Shown piece by piece: positions 1 through 10,009 of a stretch of DNA of 64,000 nt. A program made the translations under genes and the position numbers. The DNA is from Alphaproteobacteria bacterium (lineage in GTDB: Bacteria > Pseudomonadota > Alphaproteobacteria > Sphingomonadales > Emcibacteraceae), in contig JAJRQU010000019.1 of assembly GCA_024280095.1 (NCBI GenBank), forward strand, positions 508-64,507, in the 5' to 3' direction. Within the stretch, counting starts at the first letter, position 1, and each line of letters starts with the position of its first letter. Under the pieces are notes generated by a model that searched no databases, was not told the origin of the DNA, and saw only the letters and a program-made list of their open reading frames with translations.

Positions 1-1944
1 CGCATAGCTCAGGCCCCAGACAAGATTGCCCTCTGCCTGCGCCCGTACCTGATCCGCGTTAATCACCCGCCCGCAGTCCTGAGCAATCCAGGCTTGCGTA
101 ACTTTCAGGGTTTTTTCTGAAGGATCGGCATGAACTTCTACGACAACCGCCACCGGTGTTTCCTTGTATATGGCGCAGGCGATACCACGGCCATAATTGG
201 CGGGCAGTTTCTTATCCATGCGGGTCATTTCCCTGACCTTTTCGATCACCTTTTTCAAGCGAGGATGGGCATTCCCCAGATTGAGTAATCGGAACTCAAA
301 TGGATCCAGATCAGATAGAACAGCAAGTTCGTCGATCATGCTTTCGATAGCGAATGTATTGGGTGCGGCGCCCAATCCGCGCCAGGAACTGGTTACAAGA
401 GGAATCCTTACATCGGAATAACGGATGAGTAGATTTGGTATATTATATGGGGGGTGCGCCCCTCGGGGAGAACCATCTTCCTGACTTAAGTCAGCCAAGA
501 ATTGTATGTGGCGGGGTAAAATGGCCGAGGTGAAAATGATCGGAGCGGTGGTGAAGGAATTTTTCCAATGCGTAATCAGACCTTTTTCGGAAACGGTGGC
601 ATTTATTATGTGATCGAAGGGGGGTTGCACATGATTATATGTGAATTCCTCTTCCCGGGTCCATTGAACGCGAACGGGTGCGTTGACTTTCTGAGAAAGA
701 AAAGCGGCTTCCTCTGCTGCCTGACAGAGTATTCGTCCGCCAAAACCACCGCCAAGCCTATGTGCATGAACAATAACGTTATCATTGGAGATTCCTGTGA
801 GTTGTGCAATACGATCACGCACAAAATGGACAGACTGGGACGCCCCCCATACCTCAGCGCTATTGTCTTTTACCCAAGCGACAGCACTACGAGGTTCCAT
901 TGCGGCATGGGCGACAAAGCAGGTTTGATAACGATTATTTAAACTGCTATTGCTTTTTTGTGCACGGTTCCTAAATTTACCCTGTTCAGCCAGGGTATGT
1001 TCAAAATCATCGGACTCCAGATATTTTTTAGCATCAAGAGCGGTATCCATATCTTGTTGAGTAAACGGTTTATCTACTTTCCATGTCACCTTGACGGCCT
1101 GTTCAACTTTATCAAGCACAAAAGGCTTGTCACAAATTATAGCCACGCAGTTGCGGCCTTTATCGATAAAAACCTTTCTGACCCCGGGGATTTCTTGGGC
1201 GCGAGCGATATCAGCATTCTCTAGTTTGCCCCCGATTGTATCCGGTTTGATAACCCTTCCGTATAGCATATCGTCGATGATAATATCACGGCTGTATGTC
1301 ATCTTGCCCGTGACGATATCCTCCATCGTCTTGCGGCCCCAAACCTGCTTTTTCACTTTATCAGACCGCTTCGAATCGAGATTATAAATTTTTATATCTT
1401 CCGGGAAAATATCGTTTTCATTCAACAATACAGACTTGCCGTTCGCCAGAGATCTATATGATATTTCCTCGCCATTAGGCAGTAAGAAGGCAGCGTCACC
1501 ATCCTTCAAAACACTGACCGGCACGGATGCCTGCTCTGCAGCTATTGAGCGTAGCGATTCACGTAAACAGGCAGCGCCATAGGCAACGGGACTGAAGAAA
1601 GCTTGCATGCTTTCACTACCAACAGTGAGTGCGACAGGTTGGATTTCAGACGTAGCCGGATTTATGGTTTCAATGTTATCGGGGCTTAAATTGAGTTCCT
1701 GCGCCACCACCTGAGTTAGGCCGATGGCAATGCCTTGACCCATTTCCGCGCGGGGACAGAAAAAACGAACCTTGCCGTTCGGTAATAATTGAACCCAGAA
1801 TCTACCTTCGTTCGTTGCTGGCGGGTCTGAGAAAGGCATGACGGGTAATAAAGGACCACTACATGCTCCGACAAATGTGACGCCTACAGCGACCCATCCG
1901 GTCCGTTTCAGAAATTCACGGCGACCAAGTATGCTCTTATTCAT
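1..1944 (-). CDS. Molybdopterin-binding large subunit, isoquinoline 1-oxidoreductase beta/xanthine dehydrogenase family (partial, runs off the window)
   Basis: Absent from the ORF track because there is no stop in the window. Manual translation from ATG 1944 (TAATG overlap with the upstream gene) gives MNKSILGRREFLK (Tat-like) ...CPRAEMGQGIA...LTVGSES, and near the window edge QDCGRVINADQVRAQAEG. These are typical Mo-hydroxylase large-subunit motifs. Confidence 0.9.
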   Translation of the reverse strand, partial: MNKSILGRREFLKRTGWVAVGVTFVGACSGPLLPVMPFSDPPATNEGRFWVQLLPNGKVRFFCPRAEMGQGIAIGLTQVVAQELNLSPDNIETINPATSEIQPVALTVGSESMQAFFSPVAYGAACLRESLRSIAAEQASVPVSVLKDGDAAFLLPNGEEISYRSLANGKSVLLNENDIFPEDIKIYNLDSKRSDKVKKQVWGRKTMEDIVTGKMTYSRDIIIDDMLYGRVIKPDTIGGKLENADIARAQEIPGVRKVFIDKGRNCVAIICDKPFVLDKVEQAVKVTWKVDKPFTQQDMDTALDAKKYLESDDFEHTLAEQGKFRNRAQKSNSSLNNRYQTCFVAHAAMEPRSAVAWVKDNSAEVWGASQSVHFVRDRIAQLTGISNDNVIVHAHRLGGGFGGRILCQAAEEAAFLSQKVNAPVRVQWTREEEFTYNHVQPPFDHIINATVSEKGLITHWKNSFTTAPIIFTSAILPRHIQFLADLSQEDGSPRGAHPPYNIPNLLIRYSDVRIPLVTSSWRGLGAAPNTFAIESMIDELAVLSDLDPFEFRLLNLGNAHPRLKKVIEKVREMTRMDKKLPANYGRGIACAIYKETPVAVVVEVHADPSEKTLKVTQAWIAQDCGRVINADQVRAQAEGNLVWGLSYA

Positions 1945-2423
1945 TAGCTGCTGCCTTCAATATTTTTGGATGCAAGGTTAATGGCTTCTCGAATGCGGTT
2001 ATATGTGCCGCAGCGACAAATATTGCCATCCATGGCCATATTAATATCTTCAGGGCCTGGTTTTTGGGTTTCGTTTAATAAGGCTGCGGCGGACATGATC
2101 TGTCCTGTCTGACAATAGCCACATTGGGGAACCATTTTCTCGACCCAAGCACTCTGAACCGGATGCAAACCATCCTTGCCATCACGCCATGTATCAGCCA
2201 GGCCTTCGATGGTTGTTATTTTTTCTCCATCAAGTTCATTAACGGTAATTTGGCAGGAGCGCATAGCCTCTCCATCCACATGAACCGTGCAAGCACCACA
2301 TTGGCCGATGCTACAGCCAAATTTTGTGCCTGTAAGCCCCAGATGATCACGTAAGAAATTCAACAAAGTAACGTTTCGCACGTTATTTGGCACCTGTATG
2401 GTCGACCCATTGATTAAAAGCAT
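1944..2423 (-). CDS. (2Fe-2S)-binding small subunit of Mo-hydroxylase (IorA/CoxS family)
   Basis: GTKFGCSIGQCGACTV, QCGYCQTGQ and GNICRCGTY motifs; translationally coupled to the large subunit. Confidence 0.95.
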   Translation of the reverse strand: MLLINGSTIQVPNNVRNVTLLNFLRDHLGLTGTKFGCSIGQCGACTVHVDGEAMRSCQITVNELDGEKITTIEGLADTWRDGKDGLHPVQSAWVEKMVPQCGYCQTGQIMSAAALLNETQKPGPEDINMAMDGNICRCGTYNRIREAINLASKNIEGSS

Positions 2424-2493
2424 ATTGCCTACCTGTTCCTATGTTAAAAATGTGTATAATTTAGATATTATGCAGCTATACCCACACTAAATA

Positions 2494-2511
2494 CTTGAAT
2501 AATCATGCCAA
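2494..2511 (-). promoter_or_regulatory. Putative activator site, copy 1 (TTGGCATGATTATTCAAG)
   Basis: Resembles the motifs at 3821 and 11740; lies about 70 bp upstream of the 2Fe-2S gene. Confidence 0.5.
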
Positions 2512-2534
2512 GTTAGGCGCTTATCACCGATAGC

Positions 2535-3527
2535 TCATGGCGTAGTGTGTCTTAAGGATAAGGAGACATGACGATAGGCGGAAGGCGATATGCCAACCCC
2601 CTTGCGGAAATCGCGTGAAAAATGAGCGCTGTCTGAAAAGCCGCAGATGTAGCTGATGTCTGTAATTGAACGCTCTGGATTTGAGAGGAGAAGGCTCGCC
2701 TGCTGGAAACGAATAGCCCGTAAAAGAATGGAAAAATTGAGTTCCGATTGTTGGAAATGTCGCTGTAGTGAGCGTTGAGAAAATCCTAAAGTGCAGGCTA
2801 GGTCGCCAATCTTCCAAGCATGGGAAAGATCGTTTTTAACAACGGAAACAGATGATTCTATGATGCCAGAGGAGTCTTGATATTCTGCAAGTAACGGCAG
2901 TATAGGGGGGGTGGGGGCTTGCAAGCCTGAGGCAGGCAGCCCTATTTCGTAATTGTCCCATTCAAGCCGCCAATGCCCCGTTGGCGCACCTAGGTTTGGC
3001 CGCCAATCAACGAAATCACCAGTATGGTAAACTAGAACTTCCGGCCCGCTCTGCGGTGTCATATAGCACCGCAACCCCTGACAGCCGCCTTTCTTAAAAA
3101 CAGACAAGAAAAGACCAATAATTAACAAGTTCTCGGTATCTCGAGCTATTGGGCCAAAGCGCGTATAATGATGAATTCTCAGCCCTTTTCCATTTGCACC
3201 CGGAATATAATCGATTCTGAACCGGGCTTTGGAAAACTCTTCTATTTTGCGCCAGGAATTTAATAAACGGTCGGGCCGGACTGCGGCTAGCAGGATATGC
3301 CAAAGTGGTGTGAAACCAGCCTTGTCAATACCGCGGCCAATTTGCAAAATAGCGTTCGGGCCATGGTTGGCGTATATTGAATCAAGGAGGTAGTGCTTTA
3401 AATTATCTGACGCATATGCCGTTCGGATATAATCGGGTTTCTCCATACCTGCCGGCATCAAACCAGCGTGATAACGGTTTGATTCCTCTACAATTAGTCT
3501 TAATATGGTCGATGCTGTTCTTCCCAT
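2535..3527 (-). CDS. AraC family transcriptional regulator
   Basis: C-terminal AraC HTH signature (SQRSLQRHF...SITDISYICGFSDSAHFSRDFRKGVGISPSAYR). Confidence 0.93.
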   Translation of the reverse strand: MGRTASTILRLIVEESNRYHAGLMPAGMEKPDYIRTAYASDNLKHYLLDSIYANHGPNAILQIGRGIDKAGFTPLWHILLAAVRPDRLLNSWRKIEEFSKARFRIDYIPGANGKGLRIHHYTRFGPIARDTENLLIIGLFLSVFKKGGCQGLRCYMTPQSGPEVLVYHTGDFVDWRPNLGAPTGHWRLEWDNYEIGLPASGLQAPTPPILPLLAEYQDSSGIIESSVSVVKNDLSHAWKIGDLACTLGFSQRSLQRHFQQSELNFSILLRAIRFQQASLLLSNPERSITDISYICGFSDSAHFSRDFRKGVGISPSAYRHVSLSLRHTTP

Positions 3528-3820
3528 TTTCCGGTTTGTCTCAGCCCTGTTTTAAGATTATGACGCTGGAATGATAGCCAGAATTTTGGGAAATGTCTAC
3601 CGTCTTGAGGTTTGCTTGGTTTCAAGATAGCCTAAATATCAGGCCGTATATGGTTTGTAAGAAGCGGCGGCTGCCAGAGAATTTTTTACATTTTCAGGGC
3701 CTCGATTACCAGAACTCGATCTTTATAATTAACTTTTCCGCCGGGTGTATCTGCCGGGCGTATTTGATCGTTGCAAGGCGGTTTTGCGGCCTATGTTCAA
3801 ACGGGGCGATGAGTTTGAAG

Positions 3821-3838
3821 TTGGCGCGATAATGCAAG
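3821..3838 (+). promoter_or_regulatory. Putative activator site, copy 2 (TTGGCGCGATAATGCAAG)
   Basis: About 100 bp upstream of the TonB receptor start; matches the motifs at 2494 and 11740. Confidence 0.5.
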
Positions 3839-3937
3839 ATTCTTGAGGTCAACATGGTTATTTATTTTGTAATTAAGATTTGGGGTTCAAGTGTGTTGTA
3901 AGCAAATATAAATAAATATCTAGGGAGTTAGAATACT

Positions 3938-6277
3938 ATGAGAATTACTCAAATAGCATTAAAAACGGCCATATTATCAGCCGCCGTATATTCGGTTGCG
4001 TTTCCTGCAGTAGGGTTTGCCCAGGAACAGCAGAATGATGAGGCATCAAGTGCGTCAAATTTTATTTTGGATGAAGTTGTGGTGACGGCCCAAAAGCGTG
4101 AGCAGAGCCTTCAGGATGTGGGGATATCCATAGCCGCGATGAGCGGCGACCAAATGACGGAACGCGGTATTGATAATATTGATGGCCTTGCCAATTCCAT
4201 TCCCAATGTTCAGCTTTTTAATCTATCTGGCGGCGGTGTTCCTGTCGTAATTTTACGCGGTGTGGGGCTACAGAATTTTCGAATCAATGATACGCCGACG
4301 ACCGGTATCTATGTGGATGATGTTTATCAGGTGTCTATCGCTCAGATTGAAGGGACGATGTTTGATACCGAGCGTGTTGAGATTTTGAAAGGTCCTCAGG
4401 GTGGTCTGTATGGGCGTAACGCCGTGGGCGGTGCCATTCAGTATATTTCCAGAAAACCGAATTTTGATGAAGCGGAAGGCTACGCCTCTCTGGCCTATGG
4501 GCGATATGACCGGGTTGAGGTGGAGGGGGCTGTTGGTCTTCCTGTTGCCGACAATTTCGCTGTGCGGGTGGCTGGTCGTGTGGTTACCAGCGGGGATACT
4601 TATTTCCGTAGCACGACAGGGGGTTTCAATCATGGTGAGCAGGAGCGCTGGGCAGGGCGGGTTATGGCCAGTTGGCTGCCAAGCGAAACAACCACTGTGG
4701 ATCTTAAGGTGCATGCGGGAGAGGATAATTCTGAAACTGCACTTTTCCGCACTGTTGGTGCCTATGAGCCGAGCGGCCTGTTTTTGCCGGGAATTTCTTT
4801 CAGCAGGATATCCGGTCTGGCTGGATTTTGCGCCTCCATTCTTGCGGGAGGCCCACGTGAGCCAGGCCGTTGTACTGTGAGCGGCGGTCAAACGCCGGAA
4901 TCATTTGGTGTAGAGGGGCGCTACGATAGTGCGTCAACAACCCGTCCGGGTCTGGATAATGACTGGTGGGGGGTTAGCTTGAAGGTAAGCCAGGAGTATG
5001 GAAATACAGTCTTAACCTCAATAACGGCCTATGATAAATATAATTATATGCGTAGAACGGAGCCGGATAATGTTCCTGATGTCAAACAAGAGATCAACTA
5101 TGGTTCTAAAATCGAGGCGTGGTCTCAGGAATTGCGGCTCGCCTATGATGGCGGCGGCGCTGTGCGCTGGCTGTTTGGCGCGAGCTATTCTGAAGATACT
5201 TTGGATGAGGCCTCTGTTGTATTCGCAGAAGTTGGGATATTTCCGGTCTTTTTGGGCTCTACCCGATTTGACCAGAACTATATGCAGGAAAGCAAGTCAT
5301 TTTCTGTATATGGTCGTGTCGACTATGAATTGTCGGATGTGGTCAACGTTGCGGTTGAGGGGCGTTATACCACTGAGAACAAATCGCTCGTCGGCGGCCT
5401 TCTGGCTGTAGATAATAACAATGTTCTGTCTTTCATCGATGATGAAGCAACCTTTGATGCGTTCACGGGCAAGGTCGTTGCCGAGTGGCGGGCAACGGAT
5501 GATGTGCTGGCTTATGCTTCTGTGGGTCGAGGTTTCAAAACCGGCGGCTTTTTTGGTGGCTTTGCGACCAGTCAGGAACAGCTTGACGTGCCCTATGAAA
5601 ATGAGTTTATTGTGGCCTATGAAGTGGGAGTTAAGAGTGAATGGCTAGAAGGCCGTGCCCGTATCAATGCGTCGGTTTTTTATTATGATCGCACGGATGT
5701 TCAGGCAAATGCCGGCGTGGAAGATGATGCTGGTGTCTTGATTGACAGGTTGACAAATATTGGCGATGTCAGAACATTGGGTGCGGAGCTGGATGCAACT
5801 GTTGTTCCAATTGACGGGCTGACGTTGACGGCGGGCTTCGGTTATGTTGACGCCGAGATTACGCGATCCGATGTTGTGGTTACAGATTTCTTTTCAGGGG
5901 CGGAAGTTAGCCCTGAGGGCTTGCGTATCCCGCAACAGCCGAAATTTAACCTCAATTTCCTTGGCCGCTATGAAGTGGCTATTTCATCGAGCAGTATAGC
6001 CGCTTTTCAAGTTGAATACTCCTATCAGACCGAACGGGATTTGGGGCTTGTGAAGTCAGTGGAAGAAGGTAATTTTCTCACTGAACCTTCATTCGGCCTC
6101 CTGAATCTTGGCGTATCCATTGCTTCCGATGATGGTCTTTGGGAAATCAGTGGCCGAATTGATAATGTGACCGAAGTACACTATAGAGTTTCGGCACGGG
6201 ATATCACGGAGGGCGGCCTTTATGAAATTTTTGGTGCTCCCCGGACATGGAAAGTAACTGTCACGACCAAATGGTAG
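3938..6277 (+). CDS. TonB-dependent receptor
   Basis: Signal peptide, TonB box (LDEVVVTAQKR), plug motif VEILKGPQGGLYGRNAVGGAI, C-terminal aromatic residue (W). Confidence 0.96.
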   Translation: MRITQIALKTAILSAAVYSVAFPAVGFAQEQQNDEASSASNFILDEVVVTAQKREQSLQDVGISIAAMSGDQMTERGIDNIDGLANSIPNVQLFNLSGGGVPVVILRGVGLQNFRINDTPTTGIYVDDVYQVSIAQIEGTMFDTERVEILKGPQGGLYGRNAVGGAIQYISRKPNFDEAEGYASLAYGRYDRVEVEGAVGLPVADNFAVRVAGRVVTSGDTYFRSTTGGFNHGEQERWAGRVMASWLPSETTTVDLKVHAGEDNSETALFRTVGAYEPSGLFLPGISFSRISGLAGFCASILAGGPREPGRCTVSGGQTPESFGVEGRYDSASTTRPGLDNDWWGVSLKVSQEYGNTVLTSITAYDKYNYMRRTEPDNVPDVKQEINYGSKIEAWSQELRLAYDGGGAVRWLFGASYSEDTLDEASVVFAEVGIFPVFLGSTRFDQNYMQESKSFSVYGRVDYELSDVVNVAVEGRYTTENKSLVGGLLAVDNNNVLSFIDDEATFDAFTGKVVAEWRATDDVLAYASVGRGFKTGGFFGGFATSQEQLDVPYENEFIVAYEVGVKSEWLEGRARINASVFYYDRTDVQANAGVEDDAGVLIDRLTNIGDVRTLGAELDATVVPIDGLTLTAGFGYVDAEITRSDVVVTDFFSGAEVSPEGLRIPQQPKFNLNFLGRYEVAISSSSIAAFQVEYSYQTERDLGLVKSVEEGNFLTEPSFGLLNLGVSIASDDGLWEISGRIDNVTEVHYRVSARDITEGGLYEIFGAPRTWKVTVTTKW

Positions 6278-6327
6278 TGATTGTCTGAGAGGTGATCTAC
6301 ATCTAATATACATTTAAACTATATATC

Positions 6328-6361
6328 AGCCCTATTAGCATTTCCCAGTGTTAGTAGGGCT
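6328..6361 (+). terminator. Stem-loop after the TonB receptor gene (terminator or mRNA stabiliser)
   Basis: AGCCCTATTAGCA / TGTTAGTAGGGCT 13-bp stem with two G-U pairs and an 8-nt loop; weak U tract. Confidence 0.55.
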
Positions 6362-6436
6362 TATTCTGAGATTGGTCCCCAGAAATTTTTGGTGGCATTT
6401 TTGTTTATATGGACAGGTTAAGGTCCGGAGAGAATT

Positions 6437-7762
6437 ATGATTTTAAGTAAGGTTCGACTGGGTTTCTTTTCTGCGCCCTATTTCACAATGGCCGCATTTT
6501 TGCTGCCTGTGACTATTTTCCTCCCGCCGTTTTATGCGGAGACTATAGGTATTGATTTGAAGGTGATCGGCACTATTTTTCTGCTGGCAAAATTGTGGGA
6601 TGTTCTTACTGATATTGGATTTGGTTATTTTTCTGACCGTATCGTCACGCCTTGGGGTCGCCGCAAACCGTGGTTAGTTGCCGGCGTGCCGTTTATGATG
6701 GTCTGCTCCTATATGATCTTTCTGCCGGAGCCGGGCGTATCCTCTGCCTATTTATTCATCTGGTTGCTGCTCGCCTATATTGGCTGGACAATGATGACCT
6801 TGTCTCACCTTTCCTGGTCTGCGGAACTGTCCAGTGATTACCACGAAAGATCCCGCATTCAGTCATGGATGAAAGGTCTTGGCATCGCAGGAATGTTGTT
6901 TGTCTGCCTCGTCCCTATATTAATTGAAAATACAGAATTTTTAAAAGGCGTAAATGTCGTTAACATAATGGGCATATTGATTATTATCGCGCTGCCAATT
7001 ACGGTATCTATGGCAATATTTTCGACCTTTGAACCGCCCGTTAAAATAAAAAAATCTTCTGAGACGCCAGGCTTTGGTGAAATTATATCAAGTTTGATAG
7101 CGAATAAACCTCTTTTGAGATTACTAGGATCTACATATTTCATTTCATTATCCAACGCCATGTTTGCCGCGATGTTCATTTTTTATGCAAAATATGTCCT
7201 TCATTTGGGAGAGGGGGTTTCCCTTGCGTTGATCCTCTATCTTTCTGTAGGCTTCATTTCCATTCCTGTTTGGGTATGGTTGGGACGGCGGCTAGAGAAG
7301 CATGGTGTGTTTAAAGTACTTGCCTCCTATGGTATTTGTGTTTTGCTGTTTGCGTTGGTTGTCCCGTCAGGAGACAAGATTCTTGGTTTTCTGATGATTG
7401 GGATGCTTGGCTTGAACTTTGGCATTCAAGATATTTTACCAAAATCGATGATGGCAGATGTTACCGACCTGGATTTGCGAATCAGCAAGCAGAAACGAAG
7501 CGGTCTGTTTTTCGGGCTGTTATTGACAGCGATGAAATTATCAAACGCCTCGGCTGTTGGCATAATTTTCTGGTCGTTAAGCATGATAGGGTTTGTGCCG
7601 GGCCCGAATAATTCAGAGGAAGTTCTGCAGAATTTTACCTACATGTTTGTTTTCATGCCTATTGCTGCCAACATCATTGTCCTTATTTTAATGCGTGGAT
7701 ATCCGCTTACGCAGCGGGTTCAACGGGAAACACGTGAAGCTTTGGCGGCAGAGAGCTCTTAA
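6437..7762 (+). CDS. MFS transporter, GPH (MelB-like) family
   Basis: About 12 hydrophobic segments; WDVLTD...GYFSDRIVTPWGRRKPW, ELSSDYHERSRI and MMADVTD motifs. Confidence 0.9.
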   Translation: MILSKVRLGFFSAPYFTMAAFLLPVTIFLPPFYAETIGIDLKVIGTIFLLAKLWDVLTDIGFGYFSDRIVTPWGRRKPWLVAGVPFMMVCSYMIFLPEPGVSSAYLFIWLLLAYIGWTMMTLSHLSWSAELSSDYHERSRIQSWMKGLGIAGMLFVCLVPILIENTEFLKGVNVVNIMGILIIIALPITVSMAIFSTFEPPVKIKKSSETPGFGEIISSLIANKPLLRLLGSTYFISLSNAMFAAMFIFYAKYVLHLGEGVSLALILYLSVGFISIPVWVWLGRRLEKHGVFKVLASYGICVLLFALVVPSGDKILGFLMIGMLGLNFGIQDILPKSMMADVTDLDLRISKQKRSGLFFGLLLTAMKLSNASAVGIIFWSLSMIGFVPGPNNSEEVLQNFTYMFVFMPIAANIIVLILMRGYPLTQRVQRETREALAAESS

Positions 7763-7944
7763 ACGGCCCTGATGATACATTTGCGCTTGGGGAAAGAATG
7801 TTGGCGTAGATGTTCTAGCGAAGAAGACTTCTTTAACATTATATATCCGTGTGGTCTGGGCTAGAGGCTCGACGGTTTATATTGATTTCCTGTTTGTCGT
7901 CATTGGTTTCAGGAAAAATTTTTGAATGAAGAAGGAATAAGCAT

Positions 7945-8952
7945 ATGAAAATAAATGTTGGTTTTATTGGAACCGACCCGTTGTTGCCAACAATTGAGGT
8001 TGTTCAAAAAGCAGAGGAATGCGGTTTGCACGGCGTTTCATATTCGGAGCATGGCGGGTTTCATGACGCTATTGTTCCCAGCGCCCTGTATCTTCAAAAT
8101 ACGTCAGATATTGAAATAAATGTACTTGGGTTAAGTGGGGCGGAACGTCACCCTGCACTTCTGGCCATGGAGTTGGCATCGCTTATTGAGATTGGGCCGG
8201 GACGGGTTCGCGCACAGATCGGGAGCGGCGCGCCGGTTATGCTACGCCGGATATGTGCTGATATGTATCATCCGGTGCCGCGCGTTCGCTCCTTGGTCAA
8301 GACACTACGGGCGTTACTTTCAGGAAAGGAAATTTCAGGAAATTTTGCTTCTGGTTCATTTGATAAATATGGTTTGTTAAGGCTTGAGGGAACGGATATT
8401 CTTCCTCTGCAGGATAGGACGATTCCCATAGATGTAACGGCTATTCGCCCTCAAATGTTAAAGATGGCTGTACAGGAAGCTGATGGCGTGGTTCTAACGG
8501 GCGGGACATCGCTTGAATATCTTGCATGGGCTGTAAAATTCATTGAAACTGAGCTGGCCGCAGCAGGGCGCAAGCGAGAAGATTTTCGTATCACGGCCTT
8601 GACATTCGGTGTAATCATGCCGGGCTTTGAAGAATATTTCCCTGTTCTGCGGCTGCTCTTGGAAACCTATGCACCTGAACTTGCTGTTCATACTATGCAG
8701 GGCGTTATTGATGGCGTTGCCTATGCCCGCGCTGCGGCGGAGGATCCGGTGAAGGCCGGTGAAACATTTTTTACAGACGATGTGACCGAACAGCTTACAG
8801 TTGCCGCTGCGGGTGTCGAAGATATGTCACGAATATTGCGCCGATATGCCGACACCGGGATTGATATTATTGATATACATCTCGTTGGTCCTGCAGATAC
8901 GCGTGTTGAAGCCGTGGAAATAATTGCAGCTGCATCTGCGGAAATTGCATAA
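7945..8952 (+). CDS. LLM-class (luciferase-like/Mer-like) oxidoreductase, likely F420-dependent, paralog 1
   Basis: SEH motif, RHPALLAMELASL...GRVRAQIGSG, ADGVVL; F420 operon nearby. Confidence 0.85.
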   Translation: MKINVGFIGTDPLLPTIEVVQKAEECGLHGVSYSEHGGFHDAIVPSALYLQNTSDIEINVLGLSGAERHPALLAMELASLIEIGPGRVRAQIGSGAPVMLRRICADMYHPVPRVRSLVKTLRALLSGKEISGNFASGSFDKYGLLRLEGTDILPLQDRTIPIDVTAIRPQMLKMAVQEADGVVLTGGTSLEYLAWAVKFIETELAAAGRKREDFRITALTFGVIMPGFEEYFPVLRLLLETYAPELAVHTMQGVIDGVAYARAAAEDPVKAGETFFTDDVTEQLTVAAAGVEDMSRILRRYADTGIDIIDIHLVGPADTRVEAVEIIAAASAEIA

Positions 8953-8970
8953 AGTAAAGTAGGAAATAAC

Positions 8971-9978
8971 ATGAAAATTAATATTGGATTTATGGGTGTT
9001 GACCCAATTGCGCCAACGGTTGAACTTGTCAAGCTGGCAGAAAGCTGTGGTTTGGATGGGGTATTTTCTTCAGAACATCTGGGATTTCATGATGCGATTG
9101 TCCCTAGCGCGATTTTTATTCAGGAAACATCACGGCTGGAAATTAATATTGTTGGTTTGGGTGCTGCCAGCCGTCACCCCGGCTTACTGGCTATGGAACT
9201 TGCCTCCCTTGCCGAGGTGAGCAAGGGGCGGTTGCGTGTCCAGGTTGGAACAGGTGCTGACAGTCTCGTGAATAAAATTGGTGGCAACAGGGCGCGTCCC
9301 CTGCCGCTTGTCCGTTCTCTTGTTAAGACACTAAGGTCTCTTTTGAATGGGGAAGCCGTTACCGGAGACTTACCTGCAGGTGTGTTTGATGGTTTTGCCT
9401 TGAAAGGCTTTGATGAAGAGCGAAATATGCAGCCCTATTCAGGTTATCCAGTTCCCATAGACGTCATGGCTATTCAGCCCGCAATGTTGCGTCTTGCCGC
9501 GAATGTGGGTGAGGGTGTTGTCTTGTCGGCAGGTTGCTCTGAGTTAGTTCTTAGGAATACAGTAGAAATTATTGAGAAAGAATTGAAAGAGATCGGACGA
9601 AAACGCGAAGATTTCCGCATCTCGGCTGTTTCATATTGTGTGGTTGATCCTGATGCGGATAAACATGCGGGAAACATCCAGCGGGTTTTTGGGAATTATG
9701 ACCCCGTTGGCACGTCTAAAATTATGACAGGCGTTATAGATGGCGAAGCCTATATTAAAGCCTGTACAGAAGACCGCGAGAAAGCAGTTCGTGATTTTAT
9801 TACACTTGACGTTATGAAGAAGGTGGGCGTAATCGCAAAGGATGCTGACGGCGTGAAGAAATCAGTGTCAATGTATCAACGGGCCGGAATAGACAGCGTT
9901 TGTCTCCACTTGGTTGGCCCCATGGATACCCGCGCTTATGCTGTTGAATGTATGGGACAAATGAAGCGTGGGCTTTAA
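8971..9978 (+). CDS. LLM-class oxidoreductase, likely F420-dependent, paralog 2
   Basis: Same length (335 aa) and same motifs as paralog 1 (SEHLGFHDAIVPSA, RHPGLLAMELASL). Confidence 0.85.
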   Translation: MKINIGFMGVDPIAPTVELVKLAESCGLDGVFSSEHLGFHDAIVPSAIFIQETSRLEINIVGLGAASRHPGLLAMELASLAEVSKGRLRVQVGTGADSLVNKIGGNRARPLPLVRSLVKTLRSLLNGEAVTGDLPAGVFDGFALKGFDEERNMQPYSGYPVPIDVMAIQPAMLRLAANVGEGVVLSAGCSELVLRNTVEIIEKELKEIGRKREDFRISAVSYCVVDPDADKHAGNIQRVFGNYDPVGTSKIMTGVIDGEAYIKACTEDREKAVRDFITLDVMKKVGVIAKDADGVKKSVSMYQRAGIDSVCLHLVGPMDTRAYAVECMGQMKRGL

Positions 9979-10009
9979 ACCGGCGTTTTTGTGTTGATTA
10001 TTGGCTTTA

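Noticed and set aside
197-1387. Plus-strand ORFs of 74-124 aa
   Set aside because: Antisense shadows of the minus-strand Mo-hydroxylase large subunit.
3821-3838. Sigma-54 promoter (TGGCGC...TGCA)
   Set aside because: The GG-to-GC spacing is 9 nt, not the required 10; treated instead as a regulator motif.
4268-4891. 207-aa minus-strand ORF and similar long antisense ORFs (13575-14183, 38249-38797, 50210-50860, 61674-62177)
   Set aside because: They lie opposite well-supported genes and show no recognisable motifs.
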